64,000 nt of DNA from an uncultured Chthonomonadaceae bacterium (GTDB taxonomy: Bacteria > Armatimonadota > Chthonomonadetes > Chthonomonadales > Chthonomonadaceae), in contig CAWFQB010000004.1 of assembly GCA_963817895.1 (NCBI GenBank), positions 640,001-704,000 of the forward strand. Reading direction: 5' to 3'. The first letter of the stretch is position 1, and the number at the start of each line of letters is the position of its first letter. The notes beneath the pieces are model-generated. The model saw only the letters and a program-made list of their open reading frames with translations, searched no databases and was not told the origin of the DNA. Below, piece by piece: positions 50,815 through 61,390 of this stretch. A program made the translations under genes and the position numbers.

Positions 50815-50962
50815 GCACACCGTCAAGGTAGAATAGGGGGATACGTTGTAGGGGTTCTGCTTGCTGAACCCTCCTCATACAAAACGCAGCAAGCCGCCAT
50901 TTTGGGCGCAGCAAGCCGCCATTTTGGGCGCAGCAAGCAGCGCCCCTACCTGGACGGTGTGC
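50815..50962. mobile_element. MITE/REP-like element with 17-bp TIRs and internal 22-bp tandem repeats
   Basis: gcacaccgtcaaggtag / ctacctggacggtgtgc; GTAGGGG..CCCCTAC core; second copy at 62294. Confidence 0.75.
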
Positions 50963-51021
50963 TGGCGCGTTGCGCGGCAAGGAGAGGGGTATGTCCACAA
51001 GTGGACGCCCGGTGAGGCGCA

Positions 51022-51771
51022 TCAGGCGTTAAGTTCGGCCATCACGTCGTCGGGAATGTCGAAGTTGGCGTGGACGTTCTGCACGTCCTCGTCGTCTTCG
51101 AGCCGTTCCATCAGGCGCAGCATCAGCTCGGCGTCCTTGCTGTCAAGCTGAACCGTGTCCGTCGGCTCCATCGTGTACTCGGCGTTGGCGATGGCGATAC
51201 CGGCGGTTTCTACCGCCTGCCGCACCGCGCCGAAATCTTCCGGCTGCGTGACGACTTCGTAATTTTCTTCATCGGAGCGCACATCTTCCGCGCCCGCTTC
51301 GATGGCGATGTTGAACAGGGTTTCTTCGTCCGTTGCGGTTCGCGCAATGGTAATGATGCCGATCGGACGGAACCGATACGAAACGGAGCCGGACTCGCCC
51401 ATGCGCCCGCCGTTTTTGTTGAAGATGTTGCGGATGTTGGCGACGGTGCGGTTTTTGTTGTCGGTCGCCACATCTACCAGAACGGCCACGCCGCCCGGCC
51501 CGTAGCCTTCATAGACCGACTCTTCAAAAACCGCGCCCTCCACTTCGCCCGTGCCGCGCTGAATACTGCGCTTGATGTTGTCCTGCGGCATGGAGTGTTC
51601 GCGCGCTTTTTGGATGGAAAGGCGCAGGCGCAGATTGTTGTCGGGATTGCCGCCCCCGTTTTTGGCCGCCAGAATGATCTCTTTGGCGAGTTTGGTAAAC
51701 AGGTTCCCCCGTTTTGCGTCCTGCGCCCCTTTGCGCAGGCGGATGTTATGCCATTTAGAATGTCCGGACAT
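51022..51771 (-). CDS. yebC: YebC/PmpR family protein
   Basis: MSGHSKWHNI, YEGYGPGG, TDNKNRT, EDVQNVHAN. Confidence 0.97.
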   Translation of the reverse strand: MSGHSKWHNIRLRKGAQDAKRGNLFTKLAKEIILAAKNGGGNPDNNLRLRLSIQKAREHSMPQDNIKRSIQRGTGEVEGAVFEESVYEGYGPGGVAVLVDVATDNKNRTVANIRNIFNKNGGRMGESGSVSYRFRPIGIITIARTATDEETLFNIAIEAGAEDVRSDEENYEVVTQPEDFGAVRQAVETAGIAIANAEYTMEPTDTVQLDSKDAELMLRLMERLEDDEDVQNVHANFDIPDDVMAELNA

Positions 51772-51870
51772 GGACGAGCGTTCCTTTCCCGACGGTTAAG
51801 CGGTTTTTGACCGCAAACGGCCTGACGTTTCAAGCCGGTTCGTCCTAGAATTATATCACTGCTAAGGCGT

Positions 51871-51899
51871 ATTATAGCATACTCCGCCCACGCGGTCAA
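51871..51899 (-). promoter_or_regulatory. sigma70 promoter for yebC
   Basis: TTGACC-N17-TATAAT with extended TG on the minus strand. Confidence 0.7.
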
Positions 51900-51942
51900 A
51901 ACAAAACGGAAACGGGCGGGTAAAACAAAATCACAGCCATAG

Positions 51943-51972
51943 TTGACGATGAAGAATGATGTTTGCTATACT
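51943..51972 (+). promoter_or_regulatory. sigma70 promoter, divergent from yebC
   Basis: TTGACG-N18-TATACT with extended TG. Confidence 0.6.
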
Positions 51973-52206
51973 CCTATCTGCCTGACGGAATGAGAAACAA
52001 CTCAGCGCCTATCACGACAGGCCGGGTGTTGAGAACACCCGGCGGGAGAGCGCAAGCGTCCCTCAGACGCGAATTTCATGCCTGTTAAAATAGACACTGC
52101 TGATATTTCACTGAGAACGTAACTGCCTCCTGCTATACTCTGTTTGCCCTCGCTGATGATGGCGTGAACCGTGGAAACGGCAGACGATGAGGGAAAGGAA
52201 TCCTGT

Positions 52207-53143
52207 ATGACGCGCGCGCTTGTTACCGGAGGAGCCGGATTCCTCGGTTCGCATCTTTGTGATCGCCTGCTGGCCGAAGGGCTGGACGTGATTGCGATGG
52301 ACAATCTTGTTACCGGGAGCCGGGACAACCTGCTGCATCTGCAGGACAACCCGCGCTTTTCGTTTGTGCAGCAGGATGTTATCGAACCTATCACCGTAGA
52401 AGGGCAATTGGGGTACGTGTTTCATCTCGCCTCGCCCGCAAGCCCGGTGGATTTTATGACGCTTGCCGAAAGAGATTATGAAGGTGAACGCCTGGGGCAC
52501 GGAACGCGCTCTCGACCTTGCGCGGGAAAAACAGGCGCGATTTTTCTTCTCCTCCACGTCCGAAGTGTACGGCGACCCGCTGATTCATCCGCAGCCCGAA
52601 GAGTATTGGGGCAACGTCAACCCCATCGGCATACGCGGCGTGTACGATGAATCCAAACGTTACGGCGAAGCGATGACCATGACGTACCGCCGCTTTTATG
52701 GCGTGGACACTAAAATTGTTCGAATCTTCAATACCTATGGTGAGCGCATGCGACTGGATGATGGGCGCGTGGTTCCTAATTTCATCGGGCAGGCATTGCG
52801 CGGCGACCCGATTACCGTTTATGGAACCGGCACACAAACCCGTTCGTTCTGCTATGTCAGCGATCTGATTGACGGCTTCTGGAAATTGGTGAATTCCGAG
52901 CAGTCCGGCCCTATCAACATCGGCAACCCGACCGAGCGTACAATGCTGGAATTTGCGCAGGAGATCAAGGCGCTGACCAACAGCAGCAGCGAAATCGTGT
53001 ACGAAGCCCTGAAAACCGCCGATGATCCCAAACAGCGCCGTCCCGACATCACCAAAGCCAAATCCCTGCTCGGTTGGGAACCAAAAGTCTCGCTGGAAGA
53101 GGGCTTGAAACGCACCATCGCGTACTTCAAGACCCGGCTGTAA
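52207..53143 (+). CDS. UDP-glucuronate decarboxylase-like SDR (frameshift near 52465)
   Basis: [40 protein letters not shown]. Confidence 0.92.
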
Positions 53144-53165
53144 CAATGTCACACGCTGGTACGAT

Positions 53166-54498
53166 ATGCGAATTACAGATATTATCGCGAAAAAACGGGA
53201 TGGAAACGCGCTGCGTCGGGAAGAGATTCAGTTCGTGATTGCGGGCGTGACGGACGGAACCTTGCCGGATTATCAGATCAGCGCGTGGCTGATGGCAACT
53301 TTTTTGCGCGGCATGTCCGAACAGGAAACGCTGGATTTGACCCTTGCCATGCGCGAATCGGGTGAGCGCATTGACCTGTCTGATCTGCCGAATGGCCCCA
53401 CATTGGACAAGCACAGCACAGGCGGAGTGGGGGATAAAACTACGCTCGTAGTCGTGCCGATACTGGCGGCGTTGGGCGTACCCATGCTGAAAATGAGCGG
53501 GCGCGGGTTGGGGTTTTCCGGCGGCACGGTAGACAAACTGGAAGCCATCCCCGGTTTTCGCGCGGATTTGACGGTTGCGGAAGCGAAAGCGCAGGTCGGG
53601 CGTATCGGCGCGGCCTTGATCGGGCAAAGCGCGTCCCTTGCGCCTGCCGATAAAATTTTATACGGCCTGCGGGACGTGACGGCAACGGTAGAAAGCGTAC
53701 CTCTCATCGCAAGCAGCATTATGAGCAAGAAACTGGCATCGGGCGGACAGCGGATTGTATTGGATGTAAAAGTGGGCAGGGGCGCATTTATGAAGACGCC
53801 GGAGCAGGCGCGCGTTCTGGCGCAAACGCTGGTACGGATTGGCAACGGCGCGGGCGTTCCTACTTCGGCAGTCCTGACGCGCATGGACGAGCCGCTCGGC
53901 AGGGCAGTTGGAAACGCGCTCGAAGTGCGAGAGGCGCTGGAACTGCTTCTCCATACGGAAAGTGAACCCGCCTTCCAAAATCTATGTATCGAACTTGCTC
54001 TGCATGGACTTCTGGCAGTCAACAGCAAATTAAAGGAAGAAGAGGCGCGTATTGCAATAGCAGAAGCCTTGCTGCGCGGAAGCGCATCGGCAAAATTCGC
54101 GGATATCGTGGCGGCGCAGGGCGGGCCGGACACACCGGAAGCCATTCTGAATTCGCTTCCCGTCGCGCCCATTCAGCAGGAAGTGAATTGCGAAGTCAAG
54201 CGGACTGGTGACGGGACTAAACGCCGAAACTATCGGTCGCCTCTCCGTAGATATGGGAGCGGGACGCCTGATGAAAAGCGATACGATTGATCCCGCCGTA
54301 GGCATTATGCTTCACGCGAAAACCCGCGATATTGTAACCCCACAAATCATGCTGGCAACCCTGCATGTTCGCGCCGGAGATGAGGGGAAAGTAGACGAGT
54401 GGACGCAAATTCTGCGTTCCGCCTATACCTTTGACGCGGACGTAAACAATGTTGAAACATTTAGCAAATCCTCGCTTGTGCTGGAAGTGGTTGAATAA
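53166..54498 (+). CDS. pdp: Pyrimidine-nucleoside/thymidine phosphorylase (frameshift near 54200)
   Basis: DKHSTGGVGDK, KMSGRGLG, LRDVTATV, SIMSKK; C-terminal domain in 54208..54498. Confidence 0.93.
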
Positions 54499-54549
54499 AC
54501 TGACGTGGATTTACGAAGGCAAAACATCTTTTTCCGGGCATTGAAAATA

Positions 54550-54787
54550 CCCGTCTGAGTGGCGTTCCGCCAAGCGTCCTTCGGACGCAAATTCATAAAT
54601 ACTTGAAGGATCGCGTCCGTAGGACGCTTGGCCGTAGGCCATACAGACAGGGGGGTTCAACCCCTGGCAAGAATGTGTCCTGTAGTGAACTTTGGCAGGG
54701 ATGCACCGGGTTGAAAATCTATGCTGGAAAGAGCGAGTGTCCTGCGGACACGAAATTCTTCAGGATTAGGTTATGTCCGTAGGACAT
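54550..54787. repeat. Cluster of GTCC-N3-GGAC mini-palindromes (REP/BIME-like)
   Basis: Palindromes at 54574, 54613, 54737 and 54773; further copy at 56036-56050. Confidence 0.75.
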
Positions 54788-54824
54788 TCGTACTTTCCTT
54801 CGCGGAATTTATTCCGGCGTACTC

Positions 54825-55985
54825 TTAGTGGTCCCAATGACCGTAGGTATCGGCGGGAAGTTTGCTGCCTTCCGGGTAGATGAGATAGATCAGGTATTTG
54901 GAGCGGTTCCAGGCGCGGAGGAAGTTGGCGCGGGGAAACACGCGGCGGCAGGCTTCGCCCTTTTCGGGATGGTGGGCCGGATCGTTCAGCACAATATCGC
55001 CCTCTTTCGTAAAGCCGTCACACACCATGAGATGCCCCGGATCGTTGTCGTGGGGCTTGCCTTTGAGCAGATCATACGACACGGATACGATGGGCGGGAT
55101 ACCGATGGCAACCCAGTCTTCCAGTTCGCGAATGTCGGAAAGGCGCGCGACATAGGCGCGGATGCCCGGAAACGAGCCGGCAAAAGCCGTGTTGAAAGGC
55201 CAGTTGCCGGTTCCACCGTACACTTTGTCGTAAATGGCGTGAGCCGCGTCGGGAACCGGAATATCGAGTTCGGGACGATGCAGCGATTTGGCCCAGAACG
55301 CCAGCGTCATGGATGTGCTTGTCGGACTGCACCAGACGCCGCCCCCCGGATAAATTAATTGTGATTTACCCGGAACCGCGATCTCTTTGCCCCATACCTC
55401 TTTGTTCGGTTCAAGCGGCGCAAGCGGCGTATGCGTATCGGCCAATGTCGCGCCCGCAAACTTCAGGCGGGGCAGTTCCCCTCCCGCTTTGCTTTCCAGC
55501 GTGATGCGCAGTTGCAAGCCTGTCGCGGGTTTGTTCAACACCAGCGTATCGGTGTCTACATTGCCGTCCTCATCCTTCTGATGATTTACGCTTTCGCGCG
55601 GAAAACCGCTGCCGTCCTTCGACCACAACCCCAACACGTAATATTTTGTCGCTTTGTCGCCGTGAAAGGCGCGAGCTTCCATTTTGATGCCCGTTCCCGC
55701 CGGGGCGTCCGCGTTCCACGAGCAGACAACTTCGTTGGCTGCAATATCCGTCGGCAAAACCGGGGACGTCAGAACCACAGTATGCGCGTCCGGGTGTTCC
55801 AGACGGTCGAAGGCGGCAAACTCATGGAAACCGATGAAAGCGCGTCCGCGCCGTTCCAAAGTCGGTGAATTCACGCGATGTCCTTTCGTTTTAACGGCAG
55901 GCGGAGCAGGATTTATCCGCAGGGTTGGCGAAATGAGTGGGGAGCCGAGAAGCAGGCTAAGACTAAAGGCGGCAAAAGCAAGCAT
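54825..55985 (-). CDS. Secreted peptidase C39-like protein
   Basis: Signal peptide; SQ..WCSPTS, GHLMV, VLNDP catalytic triad. Confidence 0.85.
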   Translation of the reverse strand: MLAFAAFSLSLLLGSPLISPTLRINPAPPAVKTKGHRVNSPTLERRGRAFIGFHEFAAFDRLEHPDAHTVVLTSPVLPTDIAANEVVCSWNADAPAGTGIKMEARAFHGDKATKYYVLGLWSKDGSGFPRESVNHQKDEDGNVDTDTLVLNKPATGLQLRITLESKAGGELPRLKFAGATLADTHTPLAPLEPNKEVWGKEIAVPGKSQLIYPGGGVWCSPTSTSMTLAFWAKSLHRPELDIPVPDAAHAIYDKVYGGTGNWPFNTAFAGSFPGIRAYVARLSDIRELEDWVAIGIPPIVSVSYDLLKGKPHDNDPGHLMVCDGFTKEGDIVLNDPAHHPEKGEACRRVFPRANFLRAWNRSKYLIYLIYPEGSKLPADTYGHWDH

Positions 55986-56114
55986 AAAATTTTCCCCTCA
56001 CAGATAGGAGTTTATCCCAACAGGGAACAGCATTTACGTCCGAAGGACGTTTAGCCGTAGGTTACGCAGACGGGTACGTTCTCTGTACCCGGCCTGGTGA
56101 GATAGGTTCTAAAA

Positions 56115-57092
56115 TCAGTGTTGACAACTGGCGGTATGGGCGTGTTCCTGAGTATAATCGTGGCTGTGTGTTCCCATGCGGCAGAAAAGTTCCTCCGTGT
56201 GGCAGGCGTCGCCGCACTCCGTTTCAATAGTGGAGTGCTGGACGTTGTACTCGGACGCGAGCAGGTTTTTTACGACCTGCACCACCTGCGCCGCCTGTGG
56301 CATCTCCTGTTCGCGAACGCGCAAATGGCAGGACAAGGCGTTCATGCCGTCGCCCACCGTCCATACGTGCAGGTCATGCAGGTCTATGACGCCGGGAACG
56401 GAGCGCACTCCCCGCGCCAGCGCGTCCAGATTCAGGCCGCGCGGGGTTCCTTCCAGCAGCACGTTGACGGTTTCCTGCACGATGCCCCATGACGAGTAGA
56501 TGATGAACAGGCCGATGAACGTGGAAACGAGGGGGTCGGCGTACACCCAGCCCGTAAAGTGAATGGCGATACCCGCCGCCAGAACGCCAAGCGACGAAAG
56601 CGCGTCGCCCGCCATGTGGATAAACGCGCTGCGCATGTTGACGTTGTGCGCGGCCTCGCCCCGAATTCCAATCGCGATACCAGTGTTCAGCGCGAAAGCA
56701 AGCGCGGCGACAAGCATCATCGGCGCGCTGCTGATGGCGTGGGGATGCGCGAACAACTGCCACGCTTCCACAAAAATAAAGACGGCGATACCAATTAATG
56801 TAAGCGCGTTGAACAGCGCAGTGAGGATTCCCACCCGATGATAGCCGAACGTGCGCGTGGAGGACGCGGGCTTACGGGCGATCCAGATGGCGTACCACGA
56901 CAGGCCGAGCGCCAGCGCGTCCGTGAAATTGTGGCCCGCGTCCGAAAGCAGGGCGAGACTGCCCGATTTCCAGCCTGCCGTCATCTCCACGACCACAAAG
57001 GCCAGAGTCAGCAGCAGGGACAGGCGCAGTTTGTTCTCGCTCATGCCTGCCGCGCTATGATGGGTGCATCCGCTATGATCATGCGCTGCCAT
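56115..57092 (-). CDS. Cation diffusion facilitator (CzcD/ZitB-like)
   Basis: SLALLSDAGHNFTD, AFIHMAGD, HDLHVW; His-rich termini. Confidence 0.93.
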   Translation of the reverse strand: MAAHDHSGCTHHSAAGMSENKLRLSLLLTLAFVVVEMTAGWKSGSLALLSDAGHNFTDALALGLSWYAIWIARKPASSTRTFGYHRVGILTALFNALTLIGIAVFIFVEAWQLFAHPHAISSAPMMLVAALAFALNTGIAIGIRGEAAHNVNMRSAFIHMAGDALSSLGVLAAGIAIHFTGWVYADPLVSTFIGLFIIYSSWGIVQETVNVLLEGTPRGLNLDALARGVRSVPGVIDLHDLHVWTVGDGMNALSCHLRVREQEMPQAAQVVQVVKNLLASEYNVQHSTIETECGDACHTEELFCRMGTHSHDYTQEHAHTASCQH

Positions 57093-57293
57093 AATTTCGG
57101 TTAGGACCTTTCCAAAGGCGTGATTCTTTTGTACTGACGAATGTTCCCAATTGATTTGCGTATGGTTCCATACGCAGCGCGGGAATAAGTTGACAGCGAC
57201 AGGCAATTGTACCACGATATGGGTAGAGGAAGAAACGCCAACAGGAGAATTTACGGCAAAATACCGGGAAAATGAGGCGGGAAATTTGCCCGG

Positions 57294-57323
57294 TTGACGC
57301 TGTTAATGGGCTTATGTTATAAT
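57294..57323 (+). promoter_or_regulatory. sigma70 promoter
   Basis: TTGACG-N18-TATAAT with extended TG upstream of the kinase. Confidence 0.65.
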
Positions 57324-57398
57324 GCACAAATCCCGACAGGGAAGAACCCCGATTTTGTCGCATGGCAGAAGGGAACGAGGCAGGTGGCAGCAAGTATT

Positions 57399-59144
57399 AT
57401 GGAAGACAACGACGCTCTCAAACAAGAAATAGCAGCCTTGCATCGGCAACTGGCCGAGCAAAAAGACAAAATAGACACTCTGGAACGCGCCCGAACCAGC
57501 GCCTCGGATGTTGGCGAAATGCCCAGCGCCATCAGCGAATTTGAAGACACGCTGCGCCGTCTGGTGCAGCGCACGGCGATGATTGTGCAGGCGGAAAAAT
57601 GCGTGATCATGGTGCGGGATCGGGAAGCCGATGAACTCGTCGCCCGCGCCCCCGCCTTCGGCATGACGGACCTGGAAGTCAAGTCGTACCGGATTGAATC
57701 GCACAGGGGCATATCGGGCGAAGTGTTTACGTCCGGCAAAGCGTCCATTCTGGAAAACAGTGGGGAAGACCCGCGCGCGCTCATGGAGCATTTGCCCGGC
57801 CTGCGCATCCGCAACGGCGTCACGGTTCCGCTTGTCGTGGAACGGCGGGATGATGAGAACCACATCACTGAACAGCAGCGCATCGGCGTCCTGCACTGCT
57901 TCAACAAGCGTTACGGCGGCGCGTTCATCGAAGAGGATGTGCGCCTGCTGGAACGCCTGTCGCGCAACGCCGCAGCCGTTATCGCCAACGCGCAGATGTA
58001 TCAGGAAGTGGTTCAGGAAAAGCAAAAACTGGTACACACGCTGGAAAGCCTGACAGCGGGATTGATTCTCATCAATCAGCATGGGCGTATCAGCCAGATG
58101 AACGCGCAGGCGCGAATCATGTTCAGTATCAAAGATGGCAACGATCCGCTGCACAAGCCGTTCACTGACGTTATTCAGCACGAGCAGTGCCTCGCCATTC
58201 TGAATCGTAAAATCGAGGAGTCCAATAATCCTCCACCCCCCAGTGAAGAAGAATTAGAGCCGCGTAAACCCGATGAAATCACCATCACGGACGAGGACGG
58301 CAGCTACGTCTATCAGCTTCATGCCGCCAATGTGCGCGATGACGACAATCAGCCGTTCGGCATCGTGGTTATCTTCAACGACATCACCGATCTCCGGGCT
58401 GTGGAGCGCATGAAGACGGAATTCGTTTCCATTGTATCCCATGAGTTGCGCACCCCGCTCACGCCCATGAAGGGCTTCATTCGCACCCTGCTGGATGATG
58501 AGAAAGAAGAGTGGTACAATCAGGACGACCGGCGCGAGTTCTATACCATCATTGATGAAAACGTAGACCGTCTTGGCCGCCTTATCAATGACCTGCTCAA
58601 CGTTTCGCGGATCGAGCGCGGCGCAGGACTGGAATTCAACTGGGCCGACGTGGATTTGCGTAAATCGGTGGATGACGCCATTTCGATGCAAAAAGGCCGG
58701 TCGGATACGCATCAGTTGGTTGTGGATTTCGAGCCTGAACATCTCATCGCGGAAACCGATCCCGACCTGTTCCAGAACATTCTGCACAACCTGCTTTCCA
58801 ACGCGATCAAATACTCCGATGGCGGCGAAGTGCGCGTTATCGGGCGCGTGGAACCCGCGACGGAGGACGAGCCGGAAACCGTTCTTATCGGCGTGAAGGA
58901 TCAGGGCCGGGGATTGTCGGAAGCGGAATTGAAAAAGGTGGGCTTGATGTTCAGCCGCTTCAAAAGCGCGGGCGGCAAACAGGGTACGGGCATCGGCCTG
59001 TACCTTGTCACCGCTATCGTGAAGGGGCATCACGGCAGGCTGATTCCCGAAAGCGACGGTCACGGCAAAGGCTCGACCTTCTGGTTCCGCTTCCCCCGCA
59101 AACAGCCAGTGCCGGAGACGAAAGTAGTGGAAGAAGCGAAGTAG
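57399..59144 (+). CDS. GAF-PAS sensor histidine kinase
   Basis: [29 protein letters not shown]. Confidence 0.93.
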   Translation: MEDNDALKQEIAALHRQLAEQKDKIDTLERARTSASDVGEMPSAISEFEDTLRRLVQRTAMIVQAEKCVIMVRDREADELVARAPAFGMTDLEVKSYRIESHRGISGEVFTSGKASILENSGEDPRALMEHLPGLRIRNGVTVPLVVERRDDENHITEQQRIGVLHCFNKRYGGAFIEEDVRLLERLSRNAAAVIANAQMYQEVVQEKQKLVHTLESLTAGLILINQHGRISQMNAQARIMFSIKDGNDPLHKPFTDVIQHEQCLAILNRKIEESNNPPPPSEEELEPRKPDEITITDEDGSYVYQLHAANVRDDDNQPFGIVVIFNDITDLRAVERMKTEFVSIVSHELRTPLTPMKGFIRTLLDDEKEEWYNQDDRREFYTIIDENVDRLGRLINDLLNVSRIERGAGLEFNWADVDLRKSVDDAISMQKGRSDTHQLVVDFEPEHLIAETDPDLFQNILHNLLSNAIKYSDGGEVRVIGRVEPATEDEPETVLIGVKDQGRGLSEAELKKVGLMFSRFKSAGGKQGTGIGLYLVTAIVKGHHGRLIPESDGHGKGSTFWFRFPRKQPVPETKVVEEAK

Positions 59145-59244
59145 GTGTTGGGTGTTCGGTATTCGGACAGTCGTCCTAAAACGAACACAAACCTTTGTAC
59201 CGGCGTATTCACCGAACACCGAATACCGAACACCCAACACCTAC
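59141..59244. repeat. Perfect 26-bp inverted repeat built from GGTGTTC-type heptamers
   Basis: gtaggtgttgggtgttcggtattcgg (59141-59166) / ccgaataccgaacacccaacacctac (59219-59244). Confidence 0.85.
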
Positions 59245-59281
59245 TGTGGAACATCCCCTCGGCGAGCAGAGTCAAAATACA

Positions 59282-59740
59282 ATGAAAGTGGTTCGTGTGG
59301 AATTTGCGCGTGAAAGGGAGAGTGAGGGGCTGCCGTTTCCTGCGTATGCGACGGTAGGGGCGGCAGGGCTGGATTTGTGCGCGGCTCTGCCTGCCGAGGC
59401 GCCCTGTACGCTTTCGCCGGGGCAGCGCGTTCTGATTACGACGGGCTTGCGGATTGTTCTTCCCGAAGGTTATGAGGGGCAGGTGCGGGCGCGCAGTGGA
59501 TGGGCGGTCAAGCACGGTATCGGCGTCCTCAATGCCCCCGGAACTATTGACAGCGATTATCGCGGCGTCGTGCAGGTTCTGCTTGTGAATTGGGGACAGG
59601 CGGCGTTTACGATTGAGCGCGGGGATCGTATCGCGCAGTTGGTAGTGGCTCCTGTTGTCCGCGCCGTTGTGGTGGAAGCGGAAACCGTTTCCGAAACTCC
59701 GCGCGGCAATGGCGGATTTGGCAGTACGGGACATAGATAG
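59282..59740 (+). CDS. dut: dUTP diphosphatase
   Basis: AGLDL, RSG, GTIDSDYRG, RIAQLV, RGNGGFGSTG. Confidence 0.96.
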   Translation: MKVVRVEFARERESEGLPFPAYATVGAAGLDLCAALPAEAPCTLSPGQRVLITTGLRIVLPEGYEGQVRARSGWAVKHGIGVLNAPGTIDSDYRGVVQVLLVNWGQAAFTIERGDRIAQLVVAPVVRAVVVEAETVSETPRGNGGFGSTGHR

Positions 59741-59774
59741 AATTACCTGAACAGCTACGCTTCGAGGTTTACTT

Positions 59775-61310
59775 ATGGAATGTACCCAATGTGAGATGCA
59801 GTTGAACGCGGACGCGAACTTTTGCGCGCGCTGTGGCAGGCAAATAGAGCGCAGCGCGTTCAAGAGTGAAGCGAACGCTGTAGAAGTTGCCGCCGTTCCG
59901 TCGCAGGCGCCTGTTGACACGGCAATGCAGGACGCGCTTGCCGCTGCCCTCCGCGCCAACACGCTTTCGGGCGGGTTGGGCGTCAAATCGCAACATGCGC
60001 CGTATGCCGTTTTGCCCACATCCCCGTCTACGGCGGCAGTGTCCGGCGAGAAGCTATCCGGGCAATCCGTTCATGCGCTGCTGGCGCAGGCCAACCTGCA
60101 CCGGATGCGCCACAGGTGGGATGACGCGATTGAATGTTGCGTGGATGTGCTGCGGATTCAGCCCGCTAATCAGACAGCCCATGTATTGCTGGGGGATATA
60201 TATCGGGACCAGAACCGCCTCGACGATGCTATACAATGGTACGGCATGGCCGTTGATTTACGCCCTAATCCCACCGATCAGGCGAAACTGGAACAGGTTA
60301 TTCAGGCGCGCGACCGCATGGAACGCTCGAATGTATTGCGTATTCAGCGTGGCTATGGCAATTCATCGGTGTCGGCCATTGATCGGGGAACCGATCTAAA
60401 CACAGGCACGACCAACCTGATGGGATTGTCGCCGCGCCGCTGGCTGCGCGGAATAACCGCAACGTCGTTGGGATTTGTCGTGCTTGTGCTGATAGGGCTT
60501 GCCTGGAACGCGAAACGCGGCCATACCGTGACAAGTTCCAAAGCGCCGAATACGCCCGCGCCGTTTGGAAGAGGCTCGTTCGACATGCCGGCCCATCGGC
60601 TGGATAAAACGCCGCCCGCGTATCAGGTGGCGCAGGCCGCGAACGGCAACCGGATCGTGGTTACGGGCGGCGCGGGACTGGCTCCCGACCGAAACCCGCG
60701 TACTACAACCGCGCCGCTTTCGCCGCAAAATACGCCCGTTCCCGGTCCATCGCGGCCCGGTTCCACTTTGCCCACGTTTGGCTCCGCCGCGCCCGCAAGC
60801 GCAGGCCCCGCGCCCCTGCTGAATATCCCGCCCGCGCCGGTTCAAAACGTTCAGCCGCTTCCCAACTCGGCGCAGCCGCAGAGTGGCGCGAGCGCGTTGG
60901 CGACAACCCCCCCGCCTTCTAACCGACTGACGGACGGCTTGCAACATGCCCAAACCGTGAATGATGGGGGCGTGGGCGCAACCGTGCTGCTGTCAGGCGC
61001 GCCCTCGCTGGTACTGGACAACAGCCCGCGCGGTCAGGAGATAATGCTGCGCAACGTGTACCGCGCGGCGCGTACCGCGTTTGCCAACAACACGATGCTG
61101 ATGCGGGTAAAAGTTTTCATCGAAACCCAGACGCCGACTTCCGGGCAGGCGGTCATTCTGGAAGCGGAAGTGGATCGCAGCACGGCCAATAACGCCAACC
61201 CGGACACAGACAGCGCCACAAGCCTGCAAAGCAGACTGGCGTATTTTCATTACACCGGAAACGTGTCCGCGCCGGTCGCCTCCCCCGTCACAGAAACGGG
61301 CCAACAGTAA
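59775..61310 (+). CDS. Zinc-ribbon + TPR + TM + Pro-rich extracytoplasmic protein
   Basis: CTQC..FCARCG; AHVLLGDIY..LDDAIQWY; single TM. Confidence 0.8.
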   Translation: MECTQCEMQLNADANFCARCGRQIERSAFKSEANAVEVAAVPSQAPVDTAMQDALAAALRANTLSGGLGVKSQHAPYAVLPTSPSTAAVSGEKLSGQSVHALLAQANLHRMRHRWDDAIECCVDVLRIQPANQTAHVLLGDIYRDQNRLDDAIQWYGMAVDLRPNPTDQAKLEQVIQARDRMERSNVLRIQRGYGNSSVSAIDRGTDLNTGTTNLMGLSPRRWLRGITATSLGFVVLVLIGLAWNAKRGHTVTSSKAPNTPAPFGRGSFDMPAHRLDKTPPAYQVAQAANGNRIVVTGGAGLAPDRNPRTTTAPLSPQNTPVPGPSRPGSTLPTFGSAAPASAGPAPLLNIPPAPVQNVQPLPNSAQPQSGASALATTPPPSNRLTDGLQHAQTVNDGGVGATVLLSGAPSLVLDNSPRGQEIMLRNVYRAARTAFANNTMLMRVKVFIETQTPTSGQAVILEAEVDRSTANNANPDTDSATSLQSRLAYFHYTGNVSAPVASPVTETGQQ

Positions 61311-61347
61311 ACTTACTATAAAACACAGGTTTAATGGTCGAACCAGG

Positions 61348-61390
61348 TACGCCGCGCTGTTCATCAGGAACAGCGCGGCGTATTATTTTG
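61348..61390 (+). terminator. Intrinsic terminator
   Basis: tacgccgcgctgttc / gaacagcgcggcgta followed by ttatttt. Confidence 0.7.

Noticed and set aside
50885..50940. Repeat-spacer-like pattern (also 62390-62435) as a CRISPR array
   Set aside because: Period is only 22 bp, spacers are identical within each copy, and there are no cas genes
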